Shown: positions 9,289 through 18,843, numbered from the stretch's first letter. The stretch is DNA of 64,000 nt from Candidatus Magasanikiibacteriota bacterium (GCA_049287025.1 JBAQFA010000005.1:1671-65670); one strand, 5' to 3'. Numbers and translations are program-made. Notes: a model not told the origin generated them from the letters alone.

Positions 9289-12200
9289 TTATATGAAAAC
9301 ATATCAGGAATTTTTAAACAATCAAGGCGAAAAGAAATGGCAAAAATATTGGGAAGACAATAAAATTTTTGAAACCACAGAATCTTCGGACAAGGAGAAA
9401 TTTTATGGTCTGATAGAATTTCCTTATCCATCAGGGGCTGGTCTTCATGTTGGTCATCCGCGGCCTTTTACTGCTATGGATGTGATTTGTCGTAAAAAGA
9501 GGATGCAAGGCAAGAATGTTTTGTTCCCAATTGGTTTTGATGCTTTTGGTTTGCCCACAGAAAATTTTGCTATAAAAACTGGTCGTCCGCCAGCCGAAGT
9601 GACAGCCGAGAATATTGCCAATTTTACGCGCCAGTTAAAGATGTTGGGTTATAGCTTTGCTTGGGATAGAGTAGTAGACACTACTGATCCAAAATACTAC
9701 AAATGGACACAATGGATATTTTTACAATTATTTAAACATGGTTTGGCTTATAAAAAAGCCATGCCAATCAATTGGTGTATTTCTTGTAAAATTGGTTTGG
9801 CCAATGAAGAAGTTGTTGACGGTAAATGCGAACGTTGTGGTGGACCAGTAGAAAAGCGCAACAAAGAACAGTGGATGTTAGCAATTACAAAATATGCTGA
9901 TAAATTATTGCAAGGTTTGGAAACAGTTGATTATATTCCTCAAGCCAAGATTCAACAGCAGAATTGGATTGGAAGGTCTGAAGGTATTAATTTTAAACAC
10001 AAAGTAAAAGGCATGGATTTGGAATTTGAAGTTTATGATTCAATCCCGCAAACTTTCATGGCTCAGACTTTTGTGATTATTGCTCCAGAACATCCTTATG
10101 TTTTTGAAATGGTGAAAGGTACTGAGCGTGAAAAAGAGGTAATGGCCTTTGTGGAAAAAATAAAAAATAAAAAAGTTGGCGGAAAATTTGATATAGATAG
10201 TGATATGGAAGGAATTTTTACTGGTTGCTATTCAGAAAATTATTTGGGGATTGGTCGTGATTTACCAATTTGGGTAGCAAGTTTTGCTTTAATGGATTAT
10301 GGCACAGGCATTGTCGGTTGTAGTGCTCATGATGAGCGAGATTATAAGTTTGCCAAAATGTATGATTTACCATTGCATCCAGTATTGTTCCCCAAAGACA
10401 AAGAGTTGGCAGAAAAAGTTCGTAGTACAGAAATATTTTATCGTGAATCAGATGGCTTGTTAGAAGAGCCAATTGATTTTAAAGGTAGAAAGTGGGATGA
10501 AGTAAGATCTGATATTATTCAATATATTGAAGACAAAGGTTTTGGTAAAAAAGCAGTACATTACAAACTTCGCGATTGGGTATTTTCTAGACAGCGTTAT
10601 TGGGGTGAACCAATTCCACTGGTTTATTGTGAGAATTGTGCTAATAAAAAACCAAAAATATTATATATTCATGGAATTTATGGTGGTCCAGATGAAAATT
10701 GGGTACCGTGGTTTAAAAAAGCAATGGAAAATAAGGGATATGAGGTTTTGACTCCAGAATTACCAGACTCAGACAAATTAGTTGATGAAAAAAAATGGAT
10801 TGAAATATTAAAAAATTTACCAATTGATAAGGATGATAAGTTGTTTGTGATTGGTCATAGCTATGGCGCTAGATTTGCTTGTAAGTTTATCGAAGAGAGT
10901 GGAATGAAAGTGAAAAAGTTAATCATGGTTGGACCAACTGGCCCAAGTCAAACTGAAAATAATTATGCCAAATTGCGTGAAGTTGGTTGTAGTGAAGATT
11001 CAATAAAAAGTGTACAAGAATTAAGCAAAGAAAATTTTGATTGGAAAAAATTAAATTCATTGATTAGTAATACAGTAATTTATTTTTCAGATGATGATCC
11101 ATTCATTCCGTTAACCATGGAAGAAAGTTATAAAGAATTAAAACATACTACGAAAAATTTTGTTGGTAAAGGCCACTTTAATAAAAGAGCTGGTGTTTTG
11201 GAATTGCCAGAATTGTTAGAAGAATTTTCTGATGTTAAAAGACAAAAAGTTTTAATTATTCATGGTTTTACTGGTAGAGCTGACAAAAATTGGATGCCTT
11301 GGATGAAAGAAAAATTAGAATTAGCTGGATTTGAAGTGAGAGTTCCTACTATGACCACTACTGATCATCCCGTAATGGAAAAATGGCTAGAAGAACTTTT
11401 GCCACTAGTAAAAGATTTTGATGAGAATGATGTCATTATTGGACATAGTATTGGTGGTAGTACCGCTTTGCATTTGTTAGAACAAATGGAAAATAAAATA
11501 GGTCATCTGTATTTGGTAGCACCAGCAGTAGGAGAATTGGCCGATGAAGAAATTAAAAAGAAAAAAGCTAAAAAGCCAGAGAAAGATTATGACATGGTTA
11601 GGGCTTTTTGGGAAATGCCTATCATTTGGAATAAGATTTTGAAAAAAGTTAACCAGGCTAATGTATTGTATTCTAATACTGACGAAAGTATAAAATCATA
11701 TGGACATGAATTATGGCCTAATGATTGGCAAATAAAATTTTTAGGTAATCACGGTCATTTTGTGGATAAGGAGTATGACGTGTTGTTTGAAAATTTTGTA
11801 ACGGCCAAAAATACTGGCTGGATTCCACTTCCAGAATCAGAATTACCATTGGAATTACCCAAGGTAGAAAAATATGAACCAACTGACAATGGTGAGTCAC
11901 CTTTGGCTGTGATGACTGATTGGGTTAATACCAAATGTCCAGTGTGTGGTGGAGAAGCGAGACGTGAGACTGATACTATGCCAAATTGGGCTGGGAGTTC
12001 TTGGTATTATCTTGCGTATACAATGATGAAAGAAAAAAATGGTGAATATGTTTGGGATAGAGCCAAAATGGATTATTGGAATCCAGTGGATTGGTATAAT
12101 GGGGGAATGGAACATACGGTTTTACATTTGTTGTATTCTAGATTTTGGAATGAATTTTTGTTTGATATTGGACTCGTGCCAACTAGTGAACCATATAAAA

Positions 12201-13030
12201 AACGTACTTCACACGGGATGATTTTGGCGGCTGATGGTGAGAAAATGAGCAAGAGTCGGGGTAATGTAATTAATCCAGACGAAATGGTAGAGAAATTTGG
12301 GACTGATGCTTTCCGGACTTATATAATGTTTATGGGGCCGTTTGATCAGGCGGTAGCCTGGGACACGAATGGGGTTGTGGGCGTACGAAGATTTTTGGAA
12401 AAGGTGTGGAGCATTTTTGATTTTATAAGTGTAAGAAACAAACATTTTGGGAAAGGTGAATGGTGGCCTAGTGAACAGACAGATAAAAAACTTGCAAAAT
12501 TGTTGGAGAAGACCATAAAGAAAGTTGGGGAAGATGTAGAAAAATTATCTTTCAATACGGCTATTAGTCAGTTAATGATATTTGTAAATGGATATATTGG
12601 AGATGTGACAGATAGTTTTGGTAGTCTTAATGATCAAATTCAAAAAATAAAAGAAGAATCTGTCTCTAATCCGAGTCTTGCGAATAATACCGTTATATCT
12701 AAATTTGATTTTGAAAGGTTTATTAAATTACTTTCGCTTTTTGCTCCGCACATCGCCGATGAGATCTGGGAACGACTTGGTAACAAAGGAAGTGTATCAC
12801 AGCAAACTTGGCCAGAATATGATCCAGCGTTAATTATTGATGACGTGATTACTGTAGTGGCACAAGTAAATGGCAAAGTACGGGATGAATTTCAAGTGCC
12901 AGTAGATATTAGTGAAGAGGAAATTAAAACCATGGCTCTCGCTTCAGACAAAGTTCAGAAGTGGTTAGAAGGAAAAGAACCAAAAAAAGTGATTTATGTG
13001 AAGGGGAGACTAGTCTCAATAGTTGTCTAG
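9257..13030 (+). CDS. leuS: Leucyl-tRNA synthetase with a ~430-aa internal insertion of two tandem YdeN/RBBP9-type alpha/beta serine-hydrolase domains
   Basis: HVGH (HIGH) and KMSKS motifs, a CP1 editing domain (MDYGTGIVGCSAHDERDYKFAKMYDL) and a C-terminal anticodon-binding region. At 1257 aa it is far longer than the typical ~800-880. The extra segment at ~10646-11935 carries GHSYGA and GHSIGG nucleophile elbows. Confidence 0.9.
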   Translation: MPIAFIIKKYNYMKTYQEFLNNQGEKKWQKYWEDNKIFETTESSDKEKFYGLIEFPYPSGAGLHVGHPRPFTAMDVICRKKRMQGKNVLFPIGFDAFGLPTENFAIKTGRPPAEVTAENIANFTRQLKMLGYSFAWDRVVDTTDPKYYKWTQWIFLQLFKHGLAYKKAMPINWCISCKIGLANEEVVDGKCERCGGPVEKRNKEQWMLAITKYADKLLQGLETVDYIPQAKIQQQNWIGRSEGINFKHKVKGMDLEFEVYDSIPQTFMAQTFVIIAPEHPYVFEMVKGTEREKEVMAFVEKIKNKKVGGKFDIDSDMEGIFTGCYSENYLGIGRDLPIWVASFALMDYGTGIVGCSAHDERDYKFAKMYDLPLHPVLFPKDKELAEKVRSTEIFYRESDGLLEEPIDFKGRKWDEVRSDIIQYIEDKGFGKKAVHYKLRDWVFSRQRYWGEPIPLVYCENCANKKPKILYIHGIYGGPDENWVPWFKKAMENKGYEVLTPELPDSDKLVDEKKWIEILKNLPIDKDDKLFVIGHSYGARFACKFIEESGMKVKKLIMVGPTGPSQTENNYAKLREVGCSEDSIKSVQELSKENFDWKKLNSLISNTVIYFSDDDPFIPLTMEESYKELKHTTKNFVGKGHFNKRAGVLELPELLEEFSDVKRQKVLIIHGFTGRADKNWMPWMKEKLELAGFEVRVPTMTTTDHPVMEKWLEELLPLVKDFDENDVIIGHSIGGSTALHLLEQMENKIGHLYLVAPAVGELADEEIKKKKAKKPEKDYDMVRAFWEMPIIWNKILKKVNQANVLYSNTDESIKSYGHELWPNDWQIKFLGNHGHFVDKEYDVLFENFVTAKNTGWIPLPESELPLELPKVEKYEPTDNGESPLAVMTDWVNTKCPVCGGEARRETDTMPNWAGSSWYYLAYTMMKEKNGEYVWDRAKMDYWNPVDWYNGGMEHTVLHLLYSRFWNEFLFDIGLVPTSEPYKKRTSHGMILAADGEKMSKSRGNVINPDEMVEKFGTDAFRTYIMFMGPFDQAVAWDTNGVVGVRRFLEKVWSIFDFISVRNKHFGKGEWWPSEQTDKKLAKLLEKTIKKVGEDVEKLSFNTAISQLMIFVNGYIGDVTDSFGSLNDQIQKIKEESVSNPSLANNTVISKFDFERFIKLLSLFAPHIADEIWERLGNKGSVSQQTWPEYDPALIIDDVITVVAQVNGKVRDEFQVPVDISEEEIKTMALASDKVQKWLEGKEPKKVIYVKGRLVSIVV

Positions 13031-13130
13031 AATAGAACACAAAATTTACAAATTATTTCAAATTAACTCAAATATGATTTGCGAAAATTTGTTAAATTTG
13101 GGTGATTTGAGTTCTATTAATTAGGAGGGT

Positions 13131-14603
13131 ATGTTAGAAAAAATAATCAATTCAAAAAGCAAAACGTTTCTGACGCTTTGCTTTTCTTTTTTGTTAGGGA
13201 TTATTAGCGTATCACTTTTAGAATGGAAAATAGATTTTGTATATTTATATTTGGCATTATTTATTTTGGTGACATTTTTAATAATATTTTGGAAAGAGAA
13301 GGGAAAAAGATTTTTGATTTTTTGTTTTCTTGTTTTTTTGATAGGGGTGGGGAGATATTTAATAGCTTTTCCATTTTCAGAAATAGAGATTGGTAAACAA
13401 GATATTGTCGGTTATGTATCAGCCGAGCCAGATGTAAGAATGGACGGTGTACGTTATATAATCAAGATAAAAAATACACATAACAAAATACAGGATAATT
13501 TAATTGGAAAAAATGTTTATGTAAAGACCTTGCTTTATCCTAGATTCAACTATGGAGATACTTTGGAATTGAAATGTGATTTACAAAAACCAGAAATTAT
13601 TAATGATTTTCGCTATGATATGTATTTGGCTAGATATGGTGTATTTTCTGTTTGTGAAGATGCAAAGATTAAAAAAATCGGAAGCGGTGAAGGTAATAAT
13701 ATTCTTGCAGGAATTTTTAATTTGAAAAACGTCATTGCTGATAGAATAAATAAATTATGGCATGAACCCAATGCGAGTTTTATGGCTGGTTTGCTCTATG
13801 GTTATCGCGGGGGCTTGGGAGAACTAAATGACATGTTTAGCCGAACTGGTGTCACACATATTGTGGCCATTTCCGGGTATAATATTAGTTTGATCGCATC
13901 TATTTTAATTGCGATTTGTATTAATCTTTATATTCCGCGTAAAAAAGCCTTTTGGTTAATTACTGCTGGAATTATTTTGTTTGTGATTTTTACTGGGGCG
14001 AGTGCGTCGGTGGTGCGGGCTGGGATTATGGGTATTATAGTACTCCTCGCCAAACAAGTGGGTAGGACTTCGCAAGTCGGTAATGTTTTGGTTTTGACCG
14101 CAGTGGTTATGTCATTACAAAATCCGTTTATTTTACTTTGGGACGCTGGCTTTCAACTTTCATTTATTTCTACTCTAGGTTTGGTGTATATCACACCAGT
14201 GATTAGAAATTGGTTTGACAGAGTACCAGAATTTTTGGGCATTCGCGAATCATTAATTTCTACTTTGTCAGCCATTACGGCTACTCTGCCCTTAATATTA
14301 TTTCAGTTTGGGCGGTTATCAATTGTGGCGCCAATCGTGAATATCTTGATATTATGGATTATCCCGACTATAATGATGTTAGGCTTTTTTGCGGTTGTAA
14401 TAAGTTTTGTATTTATGCCTTTAGGTGAAATAATCGCTTGGATTGGTTGGGTGGGATTGCAGTATATTATAAAAGTGGTAGAATTTTTTGCGAGTTTGAA
14501 ATGGTCTGCCGTGGATTTGACTGTGCCGTGGTGGGGGATGATTTGTTTGTATTTAGTATTACTCTATTGGATAAGTGTAAAAAGGATTGAGCAAAATAAA
14601 TAA
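13131..14603 (+). CDS. comEC: ComEC/Rec2 N-terminal (DUF4131) plus competence membrane domain, lacking the metallo-beta-lactamase domain
   Basis: N-terminal TM/OB region and the competence-domain signature GVTHIVAISGYNISLIASIL with polytopic TM helices, 490 aa. Confidence 0.8.
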   Translation: MLEKIINSKSKTFLTLCFSFLLGIISVSLLEWKIDFVYLYLALFILVTFLIIFWKEKGKRFLIFCFLVFLIGVGRYLIAFPFSEIEIGKQDIVGYVSAEPDVRMDGVRYIIKIKNTHNKIQDNLIGKNVYVKTLLYPRFNYGDTLELKCDLQKPEIINDFRYDMYLARYGVFSVCEDAKIKKIGSGEGNNILAGIFNLKNVIADRINKLWHEPNASFMAGLLYGYRGGLGELNDMFSRTGVTHIVAISGYNISLIASILIAICINLYIPRKKAFWLITAGIILFVIFTGASASVVRAGIMGIIVLLAKQVGRTSQVGNVLVLTAVVMSLQNPFILLWDAGFQLSFISTLGLVYITPVIRNWFDRVPEFLGIRESLISTLSAITATLPLILFQFGRLSIVAPIVNILILWIIPTIMMLGFFAVVISFVFMPLGEIIAWIGWVGLQYIIKVVEFFASLKWSAVDLTVPWWGMICLYLVLLYWISVKRIEQNK

Positions 14604-14608
14604 TTTTC

Positions 14609-14685
14609 AGCAAAGATTTATAAGATTTATATGATGTGATTGGTTTCACTAAAAGTTGGCATCTTATAAATCATATAAATCTTTG
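14609..14685. promoter_or_regulatory. 77-bp imperfect palindrome between the comEC N-terminal gene and a methyltransferase gene (long hairpin; terminator or regulatory element)
   Basis: GCAAAGATTTATAAGATTTATATGAT ... ATCTTATAAATCATATAAATCTTTGC arms around a GC-containing loop. Confidence 0.4.
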
Positions 14686-14709
14686 CAAAAGATGAACGTA
14701 TAACAATTT

Positions 14710-15327
14710 ATGTCAAAAGTAAAAATATTGTCTTCAAAACAAGGTTACAATTTAGTAGTAGATTATTATGCCAAAAAAGAGAAGTATTGGGATAGTTTTG
14801 AAAAAGACCAGGTTTTGCCTTTGCTTGGTGATATTAAAGATAAAAAAATATTAGATGTCGGGGCAGGGAATGGGCGTCTAGCTTCGCGTTTGGTAAAGGA
14901 AGGAACAGAGGTGACCGCACTGGATGTTTCAGAAGAAATGTTAAAAAAGATTGACCAAAAATTTAACAAAAATTTAACAAAAATTAAAACAGTGATTGGT
15001 GACGCAGAGTGTTTGCCGTTTGAAGATAGTAGTTTTGACATCGTAATTGCGACTTTTTTGATTGTGCATTTGAAAGATTTGAATTTATTTTTTGATGAGG
15101 TTTATCGCGTGTTAAAACCCGGCGGGAAATTTTTAGTGACCAATATAAATCAACGTAAGGCTCCAGAAATAAAAACTGAACAAGGCCTGGTGGAGATTGA
15201 ATCATATTATCACAGGCCAGAACAAGTAGTGGAGGATTTAGAGGTTTTGGCTTTTAAAGTAGAAGAGAATAAATTTATTAAAGAGGGGGAAGTGTGGGTG
15301 AATCAAATAATTTTTGCAATCAAATAA
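14710..15327 (+). CDS. Class I SAM-dependent methyltransferase (UbiE/type-11 like)
   Basis: ILDVGAGNGRLA motif I, acidic post-I residue (LDVSEEM), motif II/III pattern, 205 aa. Confidence 0.8.
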   Translation: MSKVKILSSKQGYNLVVDYYAKKEKYWDSFEKDQVLPLLGDIKDKKILDVGAGNGRLASRLVKEGTEVTALDVSEEMLKKIDQKFNKNLTKIKTVIGDAECLPFEDSSFDIVIATFLIVHLKDLNLFFDEVYRVLKPGGKFLVTNINQRKAPEIKTEQGLVEIESYYHRPEQVVEDLEVLAFKVEENKFIKEGEVWVNQIIFAIK

Positions 15328-15428
15328 GCTTGCAAGGCTTACTAGGCTAACAATGCTTAAAAGGCTAAAAATTATATATTTGTATAAAATGTGAGCTTTG
15401 TAGGCTTTGTAGGCTTTGTGAGCCTTTT
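15328..15428. repeat. AGGCNTTT-type short repeat array (including tandem GCTTTGTAG x3) immediately upstream of and into the 5' end of the next ORF
   Basis: aaggcttactaggctaa...aaggctaaaaa...gagctttgtaggctttgtaggctttgtgagcctttt. Confidence 0.5.
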
Positions 15429-16362
15429 GTTAATTATGAAAAAAACAATATTGTTTATCACAATTTTACTTTTAGTTGTACTTGGTTTGCTTTTTTTTAT
15501 TAAAAAAGACAAAGTTATTTCTAATGAAAATACAAACTTAACCACAGAACAACAAGATAAATTAAAAATAACTTTCCTTGATGTTGGCCAAGGTGATGCG
15601 ACATTTATAGAATTTCCAGACGGACAACAGATGCTCGTGGATTGTGCGATTGATGGGCGAATTTTGGAAGCTTTAGGTAGGGTAATGGATTACTATGATC
15701 ATGATATTGATTATTTATTAATCACTCATCCTGATTCAGATCATTACGGTGGCTGTGCCGAAGTATTAAAAAGATTTGATGTAAAAAATATTATTTATAA
15801 TGGAACAAAAAAAGAGTATGATGATTTTTGGGTAGCATTTTGGCAAGCAGTTCAGGCTGAGCAGGCAAAATATGTTGAAGTTGATCATGAAGATGTTTGG
15901 GAAATTGCCAGTACTAGTTTGCATTGGTTATATCCAGATCAACCCTTAGCCCTAGCCACTAGCACTTGGCAAAAGGAAAGTAACAATGGGTCAATTGTTT
16001 TTGAATTAAATTATAATGGTAAAGAAGCTTTGTTTATGGGCGATGCTGAAATTGATTTGGAAAAATATTTATTAAATACCTATGGTGAACAATTAGAGAC
16101 TGATATATTGAAGGTAGGGCATCATGGTAGTTCTGGAGCATCACATCAAGAATTTGTGGATGTAGTCAGCCCAGAATATGCCATATTTTCCGCTGGCAAA
16201 AATAATCAATTTGGTCATCCATCGCCGAGAGTGGAAAAAAGATTAGAGCGAGCTTCTAGCACGATTTGGCGGACCGATTTGGGTGGTGATATTGTTTGTG
16301 AAATAGGAGATTTGATTAATTGTAATTATAAAAATATTTATGTGGACCAAAAAACAAATTAA
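15391..16362 (+). CDS. Metallo-beta-lactamase fold protein, ComEC C-terminal domain-like (ComEA-independent stand-alone)
   Basis: ITFLDVGQGDATFIEFPDG, LITHPDSDHYGG (HxHxDH metal motif) and a later GHHGS. The probable true start is MKKTILF near 15439. Confidence 0.8.
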   Translation: MSFVGFVGFVSLLLIMKKTILFITILLLVVLGLLFFIKKDKVISNENTNLTTEQQDKLKITFLDVGQGDATFIEFPDGQQMLVDCAIDGRILEALGRVMDYYDHDIDYLLITHPDSDHYGGCAEVLKRFDVKNIIYNGTKKEYDDFWVAFWQAVQAEQAKYVEVDHEDVWEIASTSLHWLYPDQPLALATSTWQKESNNGSIVFELNYNGKEALFMGDAEIDLEKYLLNTYGEQLETDILKVGHHGSSGASHQEFVDVVSPEYAIFSAGKNNQFGHPSPRVEKRLERASSTIWRTDLGGDIVCEIGDLINCNYKNIYVDQKTN

Positions 16363-17077
16363 ACAACATTTTGAAGCGGGAGAGAAATTAGGCCTTATAA
16401 AAAATGAAGTGGCTGATTTTATTCGTAATAACAAAAATATAAATGAATTATTGGTACAAAAATTTGTTTTGAAAAGAATGAAAGAGTGTGGAATGAAAAT
16501 GGATAAAATGAAACCAATTGTCGCTTTTGGGAAAAATACGTCCAATGTTCATTATTTTGTTTCTAGAAAAAGTAATCGTAAATTAAAGCCAGATACTTTA
16601 ATATTATTGGATATTTGGGCAAGGTTAAATCAACCCAAAGCGCCTTATGCTGATATGACGTGGATGTTTTATTATGGAAAAAAGACACCAGCCAAACTAG
16701 AACAATTATTTAAAAAAGTTTTAATCGCGCGTGATTTGGCCTTGAGAAAAATGAAACATAATTTAAAATCTAAATTGCCTGTAGTTGGTAAAGAAATGAA
16801 TGAATTAGTGAGAAAATATTTTGGTAAATTAGAAAAGAATCTTAAACACAGTCTTGGTCATTCTTTAGGAACTCTTAGTCCACACGGTATTTATGTTGGT
16901 TTCCATCGCCGAGATAAAAAACCAATTGTTAATGAACTAGCTTATACGATTGAACCAGGTTTATATTTTGCCAATCGATATGGATTTAGAAGTGAAATTG
17001 ATGTTTTTGTAGAAAAAAATGGAGGAATAGTAATTACTACACCGGTGCAGAGGAAAATTGAGCGCATTTACAAATAG
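16340..17077 (+). CDS. M24-family metallopeptidase-like protein (Xaa-Pro aminopeptidase catalytic domain only, possibly degenerate)
   Basis: HSLGHSLG ... TIEPGLY ... GFRSEIDVFV resembles the M24 pita-bread core HGxGHxxG/ExEP. There is no N-terminal creatinase domain. Confidence 0.55.
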   Translation: MWTKKQIKQHFEAGEKLGLIKNEVADFIRNNKNINELLVQKFVLKRMKECGMKMDKMKPIVAFGKNTSNVHYFVSRKSNRKLKPDTLILLDIWARLNQPKAPYADMTWMFYYGKKTPAKLEQLFKKVLIARDLALRKMKHNLKSKLPVVGKEMNELVRKYFGKLEKNLKHSLGHSLGTLSPHGIYVGFHRRDKKPIVNELAYTIEPGLYFANRYGFRSEIDVFVEKNGGIVITTPVQRKIERIYK

Positions 17078-17135
17078 GCTATTTTTTGCTAGACTATATT
17101 TATTCCTTATTCTTTAATCCTTATTCCTTTTTAAT

Positions 17136-17474
17136 ATGAAACTATTACTTCGTTGGGTTATAAATGCTGGCGTTTTATTGCTCCTAGCTAATTATTTACC
17201 AGGCATTGCGGTCACAGGTTGGTATTCAGCTCTAATCGCGGCCTTGGTATTAGGTTTGGTCAATGCTCTCATTCGTCCCTTGTTTATTTTATTAACTTTA
17301 CCAGTAAATATTTTAACACTAGGTTTATTTACTTTAGTGATTAATGCTTTGTTATTTTGGTTTGTTGGGACTGTCGTGCAAGGATTTTTGGTTGTGGGTT
17401 TCTGGCCGGCATTTTGGGGTGCATTGGTGATGTCGATTGTGAGTTGGATTTTGAGTAGTTTATTGAAAAAATAA
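17136..17474 (+). CDS. Phage holin family protein (DUF360, YvlD-like 4-TM membrane protein)
   Basis: Near-colinear to the YvlD pattern: NAGVLLLLANYLPGIAVTGWYSALIAALVLGLVNALIRPL...TLGLFTLVINALLFW, 112 aa. Confidence 0.75.
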   Translation: MKLLLRWVINAGVLLLLANYLPGIAVTGWYSALIAALVLGLVNALIRPLFILLTLPVNILTLGLFTLVINALLFWFVGTVVQGFLVVGFWPAFWGALVMSIVSWILSSLLKK

Positions 17475-17477
17475 TTT

Positions 17478-18014
17478 ATGAAAATTAAAAATTTTAAAAG
17501 TGTATTATATTGGATTTTATTGAGCTTCTTCTTGCTTATTGCACTTGCGATAGTTTTTTCTTTTTTAGGAGAGCCAGATGAAATAAATAATAGGTGGAAT
17601 GATTTATTTGTGCTTTTGTTTTTAGGTGGAAATATTTTTATATTGTTTTACCTAGTAAGAAAAACATCTATTAGTAATATTAAAAGTTTACTACTTTTCT
17701 TTACTTCTATTTTTATTGCCATGTTGTCATATGGTTTTATATATCTATTTATTAAATTAATTTTACCAAAAGTTACAACAGTGCAGTTAACGTTTATTCC
17801 GCTTATTATAATAACAATCTATGTATACTTTGTAGCTCGTTTTTTTAATATAGAAAAATTTAATTCTCATCTTGCAAAGCATCCGGCTGTTTTAGGTTCG
17901 TTGTCTATATTTTTTAATGCGTTTGTTTTTATAGCACTTCTGTGGTTACAGTTACGCATACATTATAAATTAGTAGATCTTAAAAAAGGTAAAACTGAAA
18001 TATTGTATACTTAA
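17478..18014 (+). CDS. Hypothetical polytopic membrane protein
   Basis: Four or five predicted TM helices, no motif, 178 aa. Translationally coupled to the previous gene. Confidence 0.5.
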   Translation: MKIKNFKSVLYWILLSFFLLIALAIVFSFLGEPDEINNRWNDLFVLLFLGGNIFILFYLVRKTSISNIKSLLLFFTSIFIAMLSYGFIYLFIKLILPKVTTVQLTFIPLIIITIYVYFVARFFNIEKFNSHLAKHPAVLGSLSIFFNAFVFIALLWLQLRIHYKLVDLKKGKTEILYT

Positions 18015-18032
18015 ATATTTTATAAAAAAAGT

Positions 18033-18719
18033 ATGAATAATTATAAAATCATTTCTGTCGGTGGTTCAATTATAATTCCTAAAACTGGATTTGATATTAA
18101 ATTTTTGAAAAAGTTTAGAGAATTAATTTTGGCTCGCGTCAAAGCTGGTGAAAAATTTATTTTAGTTATTGGTGGGGGAGCGACATGTAGACTTTATCAA
18201 GAGGCTCTGGCAAAGACGGTCAAAACTAGCAATGAAGATTTGGATTGGTTAGGGATTTACACCACTTGGTTCAATGCCGAGTTTGTAAAATTAATGTTTA
18301 TCAATTATGCTTTTAACGAAGTCATTAAGGACCCAACTAAAAAAATCAAAACTAATAAGCCAATTATTATTGCTGGTGGTTGGAAGCCGGGTTGTTCTAC
18401 TGACAAAGATGCTGTTTTATTAGCTAAAAATTTTGGGGCTAAAGAATTAATCAATTTGTCCAATATTGAATATGTTTTTGATAAAGATCCAAATAAATAT
18501 AAAGATGCAAAAAAGATTGAGAAAATAAACTGGTCAGATTTTAGAAAAAATATTGTTGGGTATAAGTGGGTACCAGGTAAAAATGTGCCATTTGACCCTA
18601 TGGCGAGTGAGTTGGCGGAAAAAATGTGGTTAAAAGTTAGTATTTTGTGTGGAACTGATTTAGTTGAAGTTAAAAAGGCTTTAAGTGGAAAAAAGTTTAA
18701 AGGGACAATAATTGTGTAA
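18033..18719 (+). CDS. pyrH: Amino-acid-kinase family protein, archaeal-type UMP kinase-like
   Basis: IISVGGSII...FILVIGGG...AGGWKPGCSTD...NIEYVFDKDP pattern typical of archaeal/short UMP kinases. At 228 aa it lacks the bacterial GGGNIFRG loop. Confidence 0.65.
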   Translation: MNNYKIISVGGSIIIPKTGFDIKFLKKFRELILARVKAGEKFILVIGGGATCRLYQEALAKTVKTSNEDLDWLGIYTTWFNAEFVKLMFINYAFNEVIKDPTKKIKTNKPIIIAGGWKPGCSTDKDAVLLAKNFGAKELINLSNIEYVFDKDPNKYKDAKKIEKINWSDFRKNIVGYKWVPGKNVPFDPMASELAEKMWLKVSILCGTDLVEVKKALSGKKFKGTIIV

Positions 18720-18721
18720 TT

Positions 18722-18843
18722 CCGAGTGAGTGAAACGAAAGAGGAATCCTTTTTAGTATCTTTAAACATTGCAATTCAATAATGCGAATTTAGAAGTATA
18801 GGAAAGGGATCCCTCGTCGTTCCTCCTCGGGATTGTGAACGAC
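18722..18843. repeat. Palindromic miniature element (GAGGAATCC...GGGATCC family), intergenic copy
   Basis: GAGGAATCCTTTTT-(AT-rich core AAACATTG...)-GGAAAGGGATCCCTC, then GTCGTTCCTCCTCGGGATTGTGAACGAC hairpin. Same family as the copies at 35021, 39752, 48333, 49728 and 50626. Confidence 0.65.

Noticed and set aside
10646-11935. Considered an intein or an assembly chimera as the explanation for the long leuS.
   Set aside because: The insert has no intein splicing blocks (no Cys/Ser-1, no HN-C/S/T junction, no LAGLIDADG or HNH). It is in frame, and the two halves of a CxxC...CxxC zinc knuckle flank it precisely. It is composed of recognisable alpha/beta-hydrolase domains. Chimerism cannot be excluded without reads.
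14467-14649. A 60-aa minus-strand ORF overlapping the comEC 3' end and the 77-bp palindrome.
   Set aside because: It overlaps the end of a strong CDS and the palindromic element. It has no RBS and a low-complexity sequence, so it is most likely spurious.
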